NCBI GenBank assembly: GCA_030141605.1
Contig: JAQGDQ010000002.1
Coordinates: 1,922,001-1,986,000, forward strand
Direction: 5' to 3'
DNA: 64,000 nt
Source of the DNA: Tubiluchus corallicola
Lineage: Eukaryota > Animalia > Priapulida
The notes beneath the pieces are model-generated. The model searched no databases and was not told the DNA's origin. It worked only from the letters and a program-made list of their open reading frames with translations. Positions within the stretch are counted from its first letter, which is position 1, and every line of letters starts with the position of its first letter. Below, in pieces: positions 26,704-41,080 of this stretch. Made by a program: the position numbers and the translations under genes.

Positions 26704-28972
26704 CATGTATAAAGTGTATTATTATTTTACAATAGTAAGTTGAAATTTAAAAAATCACGTTCTATTTGAACAACAAAAACAAATTATATCTACATCAATT
26801 GCTAGTTGTTACTAATAAAAACGTTGTCTTTGGAAAAAATCATTTTAAACATAAAACAGCTTCCTGTTTAAAACGTCGCTTCTGTTATAATAGTACACAT
26901 GCTGATTAGGTACCACCTCGATACAGGATTAATCAAAGCTGAATAAATGCTTTTCAACCCCCATGTGCCATTGTATTGCCAGTGGCGGCTTATTTTAAAA
27001 GCAAAGCAGCGGAAATTATAATATTAGCTAATATCTGCGAAAGTAACGAGTTAATTTGGAAGCAGTGGGACGGCGGATTACGATTTGGCGTGAAAGTGGG
27101 CGTCCTTATTAATCAGTTTTTTTTTACAAGATTTGAAATCATTATTACCGTTTTGTGAAGGACTGACTGCATGTGAAATGTACACTCGCGCAGGGCTTAT
27201 GCAGTATACCTCATTTCAACAACTTATTTTAATGAATTTAAATAATGGCGGATTAAAACGCACTATCTTGTCCATCACGCACTCATGCGTATTGGTTTTA
27301 ATCAGTTAAATGGTGATTTGTTTTTGAAAGTCTGCAAAGTTTCTGACGATTTACTCGTCTTCCCAAATTTTGTTAGTGCTTATTACTTTGAAAACTCAGA
27401 ACACAGCTTTCTGGAATGCCCTTTTTTATCAAGTCAGAGCTGCTGTGTGTTAAGTCACAGGTAAATAACATATTAAATATTAACACTTTACAATATATGT
27501 AATAGAGTAACATATACAATAATATACATATACAATATATATATGCATATTTATATATGCATGTATATAAATATATAAATATAAATATACATATATAAGT
27601 CAATAGTAGCAGAGAACTGCCGTCATTGTATCTTTGAGGAAGTGATGATTTTGATATTGATGCTAACCGTGAAATTTTTTGATTGCGTTTAAAATTACAT
27701 TAGGAGCACCAAACGTTTCAACGTGATCATACTTTAAGATTCTTTTTATGTAGTTACTGTAAAAACTGTTACGGCGATGACAGTTTATTATTGTTTATTG
27801 TTTATGATTCGTGTATCAGTTTTGAAAATTGTCTAACCTAAATAAAATAAACTATGTTCAAAGTAAAGCCTAACATTGCTGACTAGAATTTCAAGCCGTA
27901 AATTTGTTGCCAGTGACAAAATTGGCAAAATGTGGGGTCCAAACACCTGAGAATTTAAATATCAAAGATATAAAAAATGGACTTAAACGATTGGCGCTTA
28001 AACAATATGAACCTGAAATTTACGCCACGATAATTTATTTCAAATGAAGGGGTATAAACTTTTGGGTTCGAAAAGACTGGTCCAGCCTCAAGTGACACAG
28101 CCTAAACTTCCAAATTGCCAAACACCTAGGTGAAACTAATAAACATCTGGGCCAATTGTCCCAGTTGACACTTAGCTTTAGTCGAAGCCAAAATAACCGG
28201 TTCCAAGACGTCGATGTTGAAAAGCGATACCGTTATTTTTCACAGCGAGACTTCCGCCGACTTCCTGGGTGGTGCAAATATCTCACCAAAGATGTACACC
28301 TGAATCACAGACTTTGCAGTACGCAAGCACTCCCAAGCAGGGATATCGAATTTCTGTTAACCAAAATTGAAATAATGTCAGTACCACTAATTCAATTTAA
28401 ATTTAGCGTAGTTGTCTATCCTACGAGAAGGTACTTTTGGTGAGCAAATTATAATCCAAAATTATTAGATCAAAGTCGCGTTTTAAGGTTGATCTTGGAT
28501 AGATTGGCAGCTTGTCTATGTCATTTACCTTGCGTGATCAAGCTTTTTTCTATTGTAGACAGGGGTTCAGTTGGCAATAACTGGTGAACAACATGGTAGA
28601 AAATAACCTAAATAAGACCACTGATACTATCGCTTCAGTTGGGCTGGTTATATTGCCAAATAACATAGACATTCGTTTTTTATGAAGTACTATGAGCTCT
28701 AGAGTAGTGCAATATTTCTCATATTTGGTAGAAATCGATAGAAATGGGGCCTTTTGGGTAATTTTATAATTTTATGCAGATAATCTATATGTGGCAAGAA
28801 ATTTACAGTGTAAGTGGTCACTAATAGTCCAAAGACTATTTTTTTTGCAAAAAATGCACATGAATTGTAACCATACGTATTTCGTACTTTCTGGATTGCA
28901 GTCGTTTTAAATTTCAAAGTGTTTTTATCAGTGAGAGAAAGAAACGGAAAGATCTTGAGAGATGCACACGGA

Positions 28973-29080
<108 letters not shown>

Positions 29081-31949
29081 AATCTGTTACGATACCATTA
29101 CAGCAAGTTTAAAACTGCCAAAGACTATTATTCGCGACTAAAGTACGCTTTTCTGAATTCAAAAGTTTCCACCTTGCTAATAATAGTTGAGATTTAAAAA
29201 AATCTTGCATATTTAAGACGAATCCTTTGTATAGGGCTATGTTTCTGTATGTTGCGTATAGTGTATCGTAGCTCCTAGGGCGTGTACTCAATATTTCACT
29301 TAAAACTAGAAATTATTGGTTATGGAGATGGGAAGCCAAAAACTAGACCTCCACGAAGACCCAGCTGTGCGAACGGCTCCGTTACTTGGCTTCTTAACAT
29401 GTGTCAGTTACCGTCTCGTCTGGTTTCTTTTTCTCACTGATTCTGGCGAGATGCGAAACCTGGCTTCGTCTTCTTACCAACGCTGAGTAGCGACTTTGTT
29501 GGAGAAAATTTACTAAATTGTTCGGACAGCATGAGAACGCAGCATAGCCCCCATTAATACCAGGCTGCGTTTCACGCTTGTTTCTGTGACTGTCTAAGAG
29601 GATAAAACTTATGAATGGATAGTTGCAAAGAATAAACAATGCTGTCGTCTTTTACATCCAACGCACGCCAAACTCATAGAAGCGAATGTTGCTGTAATCT
29701 TGTTTAGAATATCAAAAAATCCTGGTACGTTGTACTTAATTGTAAGTGCATGCAGGAACTAGCAAAAACAAGCGCCTGTTTGCAGCCCAAAGTAGACAAA
29801 TTACTCAGCGACTTATTATTCCAGGACAAAACGCAGTCAAGCCCAAAAGAACAAAAATACTCAATAATCGGTTGAATACACACGTGCAATGATAAAATCA
29901 AATTTCTTTTGGTCAGCAGCCAAGCAGCACAAAAAATAACAAATAAAAATTTTCAAATTGATTTCATTCTACTAAATAAATGATTATGCAAGGCGTAATT
30001 GCTTAGACGCATGCACTTCTTACGGATGGATCGTGCAGCACTGGTCTCATTATAATACCACCTTTTGTTGATCGACGCTCATTATTATGTTCTTAATAGT
30101 TATGCAACTGCCAATTCAATGCGATACCTGCAATTAGCAAAGGCAAATCTTGTTAATTAACGAAGTAGCAAAGTGCAGTCAGGCGTTAAAAACTGACGAA
30201 CGATTATATAAAGGTAGCACATGCAATAATTTATACATGATTCGTAATTAAATGCAGTATTCTTAACACAATAATTACCAAAATTAATGAAGAGATGATA
30301 TATACAAATTGACATATTAGCAAATGAATCTATTTTCTGAATATTTCAAAATACTTTGTGTGTGAACAACGCAGACAATTAGTAGGTGTACAAAATGGTA
30401 CTGACAAACTTGAGAGGCTACACAATAAAATTTAGTTAACGGGAATGACAGTTTTGTACAATTAACAAGACGCATCACCATCACCATATTAAAATTAATT
30501 CAAACAAAAAAAACGGTTGTGTGTTGGTAACTTTCCAACCAATTATCTCGTGCTATTTTCATTATGTTGATACGATGCAAGTCAGAATAACCTACATGTA
30601 ATTTACGCCACAAAATTATAGTTACTTTCGTGTTTAAAAAAATGGAAGTTAAGGCAGCCACTGGAGACTCCATATCTTGGGATTACCACTCTTTTAAATT
30701 AATCCTGTGTGTGTCTGTGCACAAGCTTCATAGCCTGCCAAGTTTACATGTAATTAACAAATGTGACGCAGTCCACATTTAATGTTATCATTGCATTTCA
30801 CCGAGAAAACAACCCCCATTGTGCAGCCACAACGAATTTCAACGGAAAATTAATTTTACCGCTGATTAGAATTTTGATTTAATTTGCACGTAAATGATTT
30901 TCATTGTCGGTCCGTAAGTTTTTTAATCAACCAATGAGATGCAGCCGTTTGAGATTAAAACCAGGCTGGGGGTTGAATTAAATTGTTTACTTAGCTGCTT
31001 AATTCGATTAGTGATGTTTTAATTACCCTTTGAAGTTCGTAACAGAAGCAGAAAGACAATCTTATATTATAGTCCTAATTATGGCGTTTCTTGGAGCGGG
31101 TGTGTGACAGACATAATTTACTTAACTGCAATAAAAATAGTTTTTAAGAGCATGTTAGTTTCCAGTTCTCGGTGTGATCTATAAATAGTTATTTAATTTT
31201 TTATTAGTGTCTTGTATTGTAACCAAGAAATTGATACCCAGTGATTAAATTACTTGGGGTTTCATTGTGCAATTATTTACAAATTCCAACTCAAGTTTAC
31301 CCAAGTTATATGGCTTTCGAAATATTAAACATTTTACAGTATTAGAAAATCACAATGAAATAATTTGTAATGGAAACATTCAATCCAGTCTAAGGCTTAA
31401 AGTTCTTTGTTGTTATAATATTTTTTTACATCAGTTATCAGTGAAGCCTAAACCTGCCAGCGCAATGCTATTGCCAGTAACTGATACAATGTACATAAAC
31501 TATGGCACGCAAAATTCTTTATTATTTTTTCAGGGGATAGCGCGAGCGTATTCCCCGTCTATTGTAAATTATACACCTGAGTTTCCTCTGTTTGAGAGAG
31601 TAAGTCGTTATTACGAATTAGTATCTCTTTATAAGGTAGTATCTCGTTGTAAAGAGGTAGCACCTTGTTATGACGAGGTAGTAAGGCGATAGTTTTTAGT
31701 TTTTTTTAATTTCGGGGAACAGCGCAGTTTTATTGCATCAAAATTATTACACAATTACACTATCAAAAATCATATGCAGTTCGAGGTTCAAACCAAATAG
31801 TTAATAATAAATTAACTTTTAATTAGTAATATCTAATTAACGGTTATTACTCCCCAGTTCATTCATTCATTCATTAACTTATTTATTTAATTTATTTGAC
31901 TTGTTTCTGTATTCATTCACTAATTTATTCATGCCTATGATACATATAG

Positions 31950-33025
31950 TTTAGATACTTATTAGTGTCAAAAATACATATAACACAAGAAAAAACAAGA
32001 CATACATACAATTTCAATTTTGAAATATAATGATACTATATACAAATAAAACAATTACTAATAAAACAAATATTTTTAAATCTTCCTGTTAGTTATATTA
32101 GTTATATAAAGGAAAAGTTTAATGATTAGTATTTAAAATAAGTTGTCATTCATTAGGCCTCATTTTCAATTATATGATCATTACATAGTATACTGTTCAT
32201 CATGTCTTAAAAACGCTTTTCAACATAATCAATAAATGCCTTAATTACTTATAAATCATTACTTTTCCCATCAGGAATAAAAATTTATCAGCATCGCACA
32301 TAAGGAAAAATTCTGGTATAATTAAATTCATGCGATTGTATAATTTTCCTTTAAAATCATTGTAATATGGGCATTTTATAACAAAGTGTAATTCGTCTTC
32401 GATGTCATTTCTTAAACAGTATGAGCATATACGATTCTCAGCCGGGATTTTTCTAGGTTTAACGTACCTCCCTCTTTCAATACACAAAGTATGAGAGCTG
32501 ATTCTCAGTTTTGTATATTTTGTTACAGCATATTTAGAATACCCAGAAAGTAAATAGTTTTCTAGTTGATATTGTTTTTTAAGGTTCGATACGTTCGCAG
32601 TTTGTTTTGTCCATCAGGTTTATTATTATTCTGGATTTTTTCTTTCCAAAATAGGGTATAATCAATTTTTATTTTTTCTTCTAATCTAGTCGCTTAGGTG
32701 AAAACGTTGTCTGGTTATTCCAAACATGTTCAAAGCCATATACACATAATATATACTTAACAAAAGTAATCCAACAAAAACAGTTCTCAGCTAAGTTTCG
32801 GTATTCGTTTTAACCTTGCTATACCTAACTATCATACGGTTCGCTAATAACATGTATCCAGTAGCGGATTGTATCCTTAATTTTTTTAATAAAAATGGGA
32901 AAACGACCCAGTTCTGCCGTAGTCGCATATTTGCTTGATTTGTTATTGGCATTCAAAAGAAATTTGCACAATTTAATTTTGGCCTCTTCGCTTGGCACAC
33001 TGTCAAATTTAGATGAATATGCGGG
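31950..33025 (-). mobile_element. 5'-truncated non-LTR retrotransposon (RTE-X-like) ORF2 C-terminal relic
   Basis: Frameshifted peptides KLCKFLL..AELGRFPIF..RYW, NKLRTY..ENYL, KLRISSHTLCIERGRY..NRICSYC..DIEDELHFVIKCPYY (C-terminal CxxC-H-C motif), followed by an AT-rich 3' tail. Confidence 0.85.
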
Positions 33026-34049
33026 GAATTGAGTTCCTCTATACAATGAGACTGAGCAATGACAAGATTCTGTCCTAAATACACCCTCTCTCGATGCCGC
33101 GAAACTTGTCTGTCGCAAAGCCTCCTGCGTCTCTAACGTGTCAGTTGACATTATTACTAATGACAGGCGTCTCGATTTGCACGAAAATCACCTTCGTCTG
33201 ATATTTTTGTGTTTTCTGCCACAAAGAATAGCTAGGTTTTTATCAGGTGCATGGCATGCGAGTCGAAGAAACGTGTGCCAAATGTCATATGCGATGTGTG
33301 ACATCAAACTGATTCTTGACATTTCAGGAATAACTTGTCACTCGGTTATGAGTGCTGAGTGTTTTTGCGTCAGTGAAGAACTACTTGCTTTCCATGCGGC
33401 ATAGTACTATGTGATGTTTTGACATGAAAATAAAAATGACTGATACTCATAAACATTTATATTAATAATTTGCCATAATTTATTAACATAATTTTTGTAG
33501 GCCTGAACCATTAGTTCGTTCGCTTGCAAATTTGGTGTGCATCAGAGATAAAAAGCAGGAAATATCTTTTAGAAATTTATTAACCCGAGAAAATTAGCAA
33601 AACAGCTTGTAGTAATCCTACTTGTGCTTCAGTGGAGTCCCTAGGGAGGTGCATAATTTTTCGGACTTTCTAATTTAGCATTGCTTTGGTGCGTTTTTGG
33701 ATGGATACGACAGTCTTTTAAATTGTTTCTCGAAAGGCGATATTTCTGTCACTTATAGTTAAATATCTATAAGCCTTATGTCGCAAAAATTTATAATTCA
33801 TGAACCTAACAAAAACCACGTTGCGCGTGTCGTCCTATCGAATATTAATTACAGTGATCCGTATTAATTAAAATCAATCAACAACACAGTTAATTTCGTT
33901 GTGCCTATGGAAATGTGAAGCAAACTCGATCTTATCTGGGCGCGCAATTGAGAAGCCCTCGTTGTGCCTGTCATTAACCATACTGATAGCTTTCACGCAG
34001 ACACACTAACCCTTTCAGCTGAGGTCACCTAATGATATGATAATATAAC

Positions 34050-34198
34050 CTATTATCTGCGGAAAGAGTTGCGGTAACGTGGCTAATGGGTTAAGAGCCA
34101 TGTCGTGTTACATAACGTGGCTAATGGGTTAAGGAAGGCATGAAAACTTGGCGTATAAGCGGCTAATAAGCCCGGGTGGCTTATCCGCAGATGAATAG
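34050..34198. mobile_element. Small TIR element with internal duplication
   Basis: CTATTATCTGCGGA ... TCCGCAGATGAATAG inverted ends; TAACGTGGCTAATGGGTTAAG occurs twice inside. Confidence 0.5.
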
Positions 34199-37100
34199 TT
34201 TGTTTTGTGTAAATTTGTCATACATTAAATAATTGGCTGCCTGTTATGAATGGGGAAATTACCAACGCCAGTAAAGTAAAACCTGCATTTTAATAGAGAA
34301 ATCGCCTTTCACGTTGTAGGCTGATTAATTTAACACAAAGAAAGAGATTGGACAACATGAAAAAATCGGGAACAGATGTTTCGTTAAAAATAGGGATAGT
34401 TTTTACAAGGCTGCAAATTCTGATAGTGTTTTGTACTTTCTTCCGTTCAGTCTCTTTTTTGTTTGTTTATAAATTTATCATTTTGATTTTTGTTTGTCAA
34501 TTCGTTTGTTACTTTATTCATTTCACTGGACGTAATCTATGCTTTCATTAACAGCGGACAGCAACTAAGTTTTTTCACCTCCCATTCTTCTTCTTCTTTT
34601 GTCTTCAGGTAACAAAAATTCTAGGTTGTTCAAACTAAGCCAAGATTGCCCAGTATTTGTATTATCAAATTGTCACTCCATAATTTACTTGTGGCGTGTT
34701 AGTGGTGCGAGTGTTTCAGGCCACTACTGTTTGTGGTGTGTTAGTAATACAGGCAAAAGTAGGTATAGATCTATTATACATTATACATTATCATAGATAA
34801 TCAGATCAAAAAAATTAGATTTGGATGGAATAATGACAACTAAAAGGGGAAGGAAATAAAACTTTTAACTTCATCCACTCCTTTTCTTGAGTGGTTTTAT
34901 TGTTTTATATGTATGTATAATGTATTTTATGCTAATGTGTGCAAATTTTATGTGCAACATATAATAGTTTTTTAGCTCATTGAAAAAATAAATAATTTAC
35001 TCTTGCTCTTACTCTTAGATAACATACAGTCCCAATAACCCAGCATGTATTTGTTTCGACAATTGGTGTTTGACGGTGCACAGCCATTTATCTGTAGTTA
35101 GTTTTTATCAATAAGAAAATTTAAGTAATTATTGGTTGTTGTTAGTGATGTCGTACATTTTATGTGTATTACCTATTTTAGTTACTACAGAAAAGCATCC
35201 CTTTTGAATTACGATACGAGTGTGGAACTATAATAGTGCATCACTAGTAGTCAGCTTCTGCATGTTAAAATTTAACACAAGAGATGCGGTTTTGGCAACT
35301 ATTTCAAGAATTATGGGCCTGCTGTACAAATATAAAGGCCAAAAGCTACTTACAAACTGGGTTCAATTTATTGCGTATTAGTTTATGTTTAGTTTTCATG
35401 ATGTTCTTAAAATGCGGTCTACCAATCCTTGATCATAATATTATTTGAGCGAACTTAACATTTCTAATTACCCTTAGACGTTAAAAACAAGAACTTACGC
35501 TTTGATCCAGATATTTGTTGCGTGATACGGACCATAAACACTCGACACGACATTGCATCATTAGATTTTGCTGAACACCTTAATACTCATCCGGGTAACA
35601 TCAATCCAAGCTGCTTGTCAATTAGTGCTAACGAGGAAGAGTTTGCACCCCTTGACAACCAAGCACTGCCTAAAGATATAAGCACTAGTATATAGGGCGG
35701 ATCTGGGAAGAGAGTGTTGCCGCAGCCATGGAATAACTGCCAAAGTCATTCTTCAATTTCAAAATACGTTTTGCTTATTTTATCCCTGCTTATTGCATCA
35801 AAAGTAATGCTGTATTGTGAGTCACCTAGTACCCCCGGCCCAGTAACTACACAGGCCTTTTTTTCTACCAATGTCTCTATCGTCCTACCTCCATGGCGTC
35901 CTAACGCAAAGGGGTTGTAAATAATTGCCACATATTATAGGCCTATATTCCCCAATCTGGTGGTCATCAAAATAATGAATTACACGTGCTGGTTCGCAGC
36001 TGATTTGTCAAACAAACACCCGCATTTGTTCCGTGGTATTAGTGCAATTCAATAATAGAAATGGCAACAAATGCCCAAAGTGACTAGTTTATAATGTTTA
36101 TTGTCTTAAATTTGTCTTTTACAATCTAGTTTGATATTGTTTATAATGCGCGAAATAACAGAGACGCCATAGAACATTAGACATTTAAATAATAGGAAAA
36201 ATGATCGCAAAATTGGCTAAATGATCTACGTCTTGCGCATTTCGGGGTTTAAATCTGTACATGACTTAAGCCTTCTGCTAATAACTCATTTTCGCATCTT
36301 ATGTGTGTGCATAAAAAGGGCCATAAAAGATTTAACCAGCGTATTATCTTGCACCTGAGTCATGAGAGACGAACGACCTTTTCAGCGACAATAGCAATCT
36401 GGGCTTGAACAATACGAGCGCCACAACAATAGCCTGTGGTGCACCTCTAAATCTTTTGGCACTACTCCAATGGCAGGCTCCGTAATTTGCGCTGTCTTGA
36501 ACTCAACTTTTTAAAAGTTACAAACGTGTGATTTACGTTATCCAGGTACCACTTTTGCATGTCCAGGGGCCGATTTCCTTAAACGCTGATCTGTTGGCTG
36601 TACTGGAGGCGACGGACAATTACGTGAGATACTGAGCAGGCGCAGCCTCTTGCAGTGGCGTTAGTTTTGGTATAATTCCAGATTCTCACTCTTGGGATAT
36701 AAAAGAAACTGTGTTCTTGTTTAATGAGGATGGTGGTCATGGTAACATTTTCGTGTTGTAGTTTTTTCATTGCCGTGACTTTTGAGAAAGGGCGACAAAT
36801 GCAACCTCCCCCCCACCCCCGACACACACCTGGTAATAATTAATTATGATAAAAACAGCCCTTATACCTTTAGGGAATCATGAATGCTTTATTGTAAGAT
36901 ATCTGCACAGTTTTGATCAAAGTAGCGACTTCCGCTTTAGAACTTTTAAAAATACGTTTTGTGATAAATTTTGCAGTGTCTATGAATTTTGTATGTTTGT
37001 AAGATGTACAAATACTTCTTCGCTGCGGCAGCAAGCAAATTCATTTACTATACTTCTACTACTATTACATGTAATCTTTAATTAAGCTGTGCATACTAAA

Positions 37101-40100
37101 CATAACTAATGTCTAGGTTATTAAATTTCAATCAGCATCGGTGTCATCAAACCGTGGAATTGTGAACTCTGAAAGCTATTGCATCTGAATGATTATTATC
37201 ATCCGTATAACACTCATTTACTGCCACTGACCTACCCCTTTATTGTCTGGTCATCATCCCGTTGTAAAAAGAGAAGTATCAGTTAAAACGCCTCCTACTC
37301 CTAGTGAGGACACCTGTTCCACTTGGCTCTTTTCCGCACATATTCATCAACAAGGATTACAGCTAGAAGACAGTTTTCAGCCGCAAGGCGTGCAAGTTGC
37401 TGGTTTTGCTATTAAAAGTTTATCCAGGGTCGTGAGCCAAAGGAGGACCCCCTGCCGAGCAGCCTTTGATTGGCAGCGCAGTAATCTGTTTTACAGGTAT
37501 ACAAGTTCAATTTAGTCACGTCTATTTTAGCGCATGCCTATCTGCGTCTTTGCAAAATGAATTAATTAAAAATCATGCTCTGAGTCAGGCAAACAGGCAA
37601 TGACCGACTATCAAATTAAAAAATGGCGATGCTTATTGCCTCTAGACGCATAATGACATTGATGATGTATAATATTTGTAGTAAAATGTTACTCATTAGT
37701 CATTATCAAGATGACTTCAGAGGGGAGGCTCATGAATTTTAGCGGATATAACCGCATTTATCAGCGAGATTTCATCTATAAGCTTTCATATTTCACATTA
37801 TTCCCTTTTTTATTTAGCACGCTAGCTTGAAAGGCTATGATAACTAGAAATGCAGGAAGACTCATGTTGAAAAAGTCGGCCGATGTTACGTTTAATTGAC
37901 ACACTTGCTTATAAAATATTATGTACTAGGACCTTCTCTAATTTTCGCCACCTCCGCCGCTGCTGCCGGTGCTGCTGCTGTTGCTAGTGATAATTTTGAC
38001 GGTGGCAGCCACGCCAGTGATGGTTTAAGTGTTGTCTTAAAGGTTTCTAAACGATTGTTTTACTTTAGCGACTTGCGATAAATTGAAACCGTGAAGTAGA
38101 TGTATCATGAAATATAACTCATTATATTTAAATTGTTTGTAAAAAGTTAAAATGCGCGCGCTTTGCCGTGTTTTAGGCCCTGGCGATTCTACAGACGACA
38201 GCTTCACTCAAGATAGATTTTTCTTCTGCTGCCTGTGCGCTTGAAGGGGTAGCTCTTTTACTCATGAGTACAAAACAAACCCTGAGAGTTCAAAATGATT
38301 CACTAAGCATTAGAAAAGTAGTAGGATAGCCCCAGGTTATGGGTTGATGCACCTTACGTACATCAGTCATCTTTAATATACGCAGAAATCTCTTTACAAA
38401 CGACTTGCATTTATCATCGTTAATTCTGACGGGTTGAAAAGCTGACAGCTGAATAAAAACGAAAACAGTAATTCGCCCATATGCGCAGCCAGGCGGTTTT
38501 TTCAAACAAACGTTTTTTCTGGTTAAAAGACAAATTGATACACTGGCGAAAACCAATGCTTAAAACGACTAAATGTCTTCCTAAATTATTTTACAATACT
38601 GTCGACGCAAAACTCATAAAAATGGATAAAAGTCCCTTAGTTAAGTAAGCAACAGTAACAGCAACTTTTCAACCATAGAAAAAAGGCAGTGGTTTACAGT
38701 GATGTACAGGTAGAAGCATCATGATGTTTGTTTCCCGCAGTGTTTTCTTTTACGAGTGAAGGCGCGACGCCCGTGGCTGAGAAGTATGGCGCTTCAAATG
38801 GCCGTCGAATCAACGAAATCCCACTCATTTCGAGATTTTTTAGCCATTCGAACATGAATCTCTGGCTGCTTTCCTGTGCCTAGCCTCATTACACGATCAA
38901 GCAAATCCGTTAACAGTAAACCATTATCCCAACGCTAGACATGGGATGTTTTTTGTTGTTGTTTTCTTCTTTCTGTTACATAGTTACAAAAACCTGTTTG
39001 CAAATTTTCTAGTAATTTGTCAACCTATGTGATTCCTTGCCTGAAAATTTGCTTAATTGTTTGCTCATTCTTGTATGTGTACCGAATACAAACATTATTT
39101 CTTTTTGGCTCTCGTAAATACTACGCTTTTAGTCTCACGTCTTGATTCGGAAATATTAGCCTTAAGCGACCTGCACATGGCGATAACATCAGCTTATTAT
39201 TCCCAAATGGTCTAAAACATCCACGGGTGGTCTTGACAATCACTGCAGCTCTACACAGTAAATGCAACTGTACTCAATCAAAATGGCTCTGCCGTGCTTG
39301 ACTAGAGCAACATTAGGCCAAAAAAAATTAGCACAAAACTTATTCAAAAACTGTCGTGATTAACTGAAATTGAATGGCATGTTTGTAGCTTTTCGTAAAC
39401 AATACAGTATTTTCATTTATCGAATGCCATAAATTTTATTGCCAATTCGTTTTGATTCATTAAAGCCTGATTTGATTCATTACTTCTGTAGGATTACAAA
39501 ATCTTCTAACAAAGTTCGCCTAACATCGATGTGCAATCTACACACGTGTATTCATTTCAGTTTTGTCAGACAATGTTAACTATTTCTCCGATTCGCTATT
39601 TTAGCTAATCAGCCCAAAGTAGAATTTCTTGTTCTTCAAATCCCATTTATGTTTATTATTTGCATATTCATAAGTTGGGAGCCGAGTTAAGTACAAATGC
39701 GTGAAAAACCTGTTCAAATGCTCAGATTGTTGATTACCATATTTGTTCTGTTGTTTGCTTAAAGATTATCGCTGATTTTGCTCAGCTCAGTTTCTAAAAA
39801 CACCGCCCTTTCTTTTTTTACTGGACGGTTGCTTTGCAAAAACCGCCATTTCTATAATTGCTTGGCCCTGGACAATATGCAAAATCTTTTCAAAAGGCTG
39901 CAATTATCTGGTCCCATTATTCAGGTCATGAGTGTATAACACGATCAAGATTGTAACTCTTGTCTCATCTGCAGGTAAAGCCTGCGCTTGAATTGTTGAT
40001 TGCCAGGTTTCAATGACTGAATGATGAGTTGACAGTAAAAAAGCTTGACACCAAATGACCCCTGTGCCTCTTTTCCCATCGATTTCAGCATTGTTTCGTT

Positions 40101-40629
40101 CCACAGGGGTGGAGATATGTAGTACCAACCCAAACAAGTCACAATAGTGCGTTATTATGACAAAGTAAACAAGTGATATAGAACATACATGTCCAGTTTC
40201 GCTTATTTTTGCTAAAAATTATCAAGATTTTTTCTTGAAGATTGTAAAGCTCACTTATTCGCTCCCATTGTCACACACACACGGTTTGCCAGCAACCTAC
40301 CTTTAATGAGACGAGCAAACAGCTATGTAGTTATAACTTGGCAGTTAAATTAATCTCCTAGGGTCGATGGTTATTATCGCCATAATGGTTGAGTTTAAGT
40401 GAGGTGCCTGAGCTGCATCTTGTTGATTTCCTTTACTGCGCTGGGGGCACTTTGGTAACTGATGCGAAGATGTGAGGTTAGAGACACCACCTCAGCATCT
40501 CCCTGTATTAAACACCATCATGCCTGGTAATGTAAGGAGATGCTAGAAGAAGTGGTACTTGCTCGCCTGTTTACCGTAAGTAGAGTACAAATCGGACACT
40601 GATCATTCAGGCCATCGATTGAGCAAGTA

Positions 40630-41080
40630 TTTAGAAATTAATCAATCATTAACTTGGCCAGTTAAACAGTCGGTCAGCCAATTAGTTGATGACTAAATCA
40701 ATAATTTAACCAATTAGCTAGTTTGTTGAACGGTATGTTAATTAGTTGTTCATTCAATTAGTTAGGCATCCAAAACCGATTGCCTAACCAGCCAGACAGC
40801 CAATCAAACAAATAATTAATCCACCAACCCATCACTAAAAAGACCGCTAACCAATCAATTAACTAACCAAGTTATCAGCCGGCCAGTGAGCCTGTCTGTT
40901 GGCCAGCCAAACTGACAGACTAATCAACCAATCAACTAGTCGGGCAGATAGCCAGCCAGTACACCTGTTGACTAGTCAGTCGCATGACTAACTGACCTAT
41001 CAACTAACTCATTCTGGTAATTATTATATATATATACTTTCTGTGACTCAGCGTTAATCAATCAATAAATCAATCACTTA
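40630..41080. repeat. Degenerate tetranucleotide-periodic tract (CAAT/CAAC/CAGC/TAGT)
   Basis: 4-nt periodicity visible; a similar tract lies at 61560-61865. Confidence 0.7.

Noticed and set aside
37243-37515. 90-aa plus-strand ORF with moderate GC
   Set aside because: No ATG start, no clear splice boundaries and no recognisable domain
38741-38883. Possible plus-strand exon after TTTCCCGCAG
   Set aside because: Two short open frames, neither recognisable; no donor or supporting neighbouring exons
40525-40546. miR-1/miR-206 call
   Set aside because: An extra T breaks the invariant GGAAUGU seed and the 3' half differs; kept only as an unnamed hairpin
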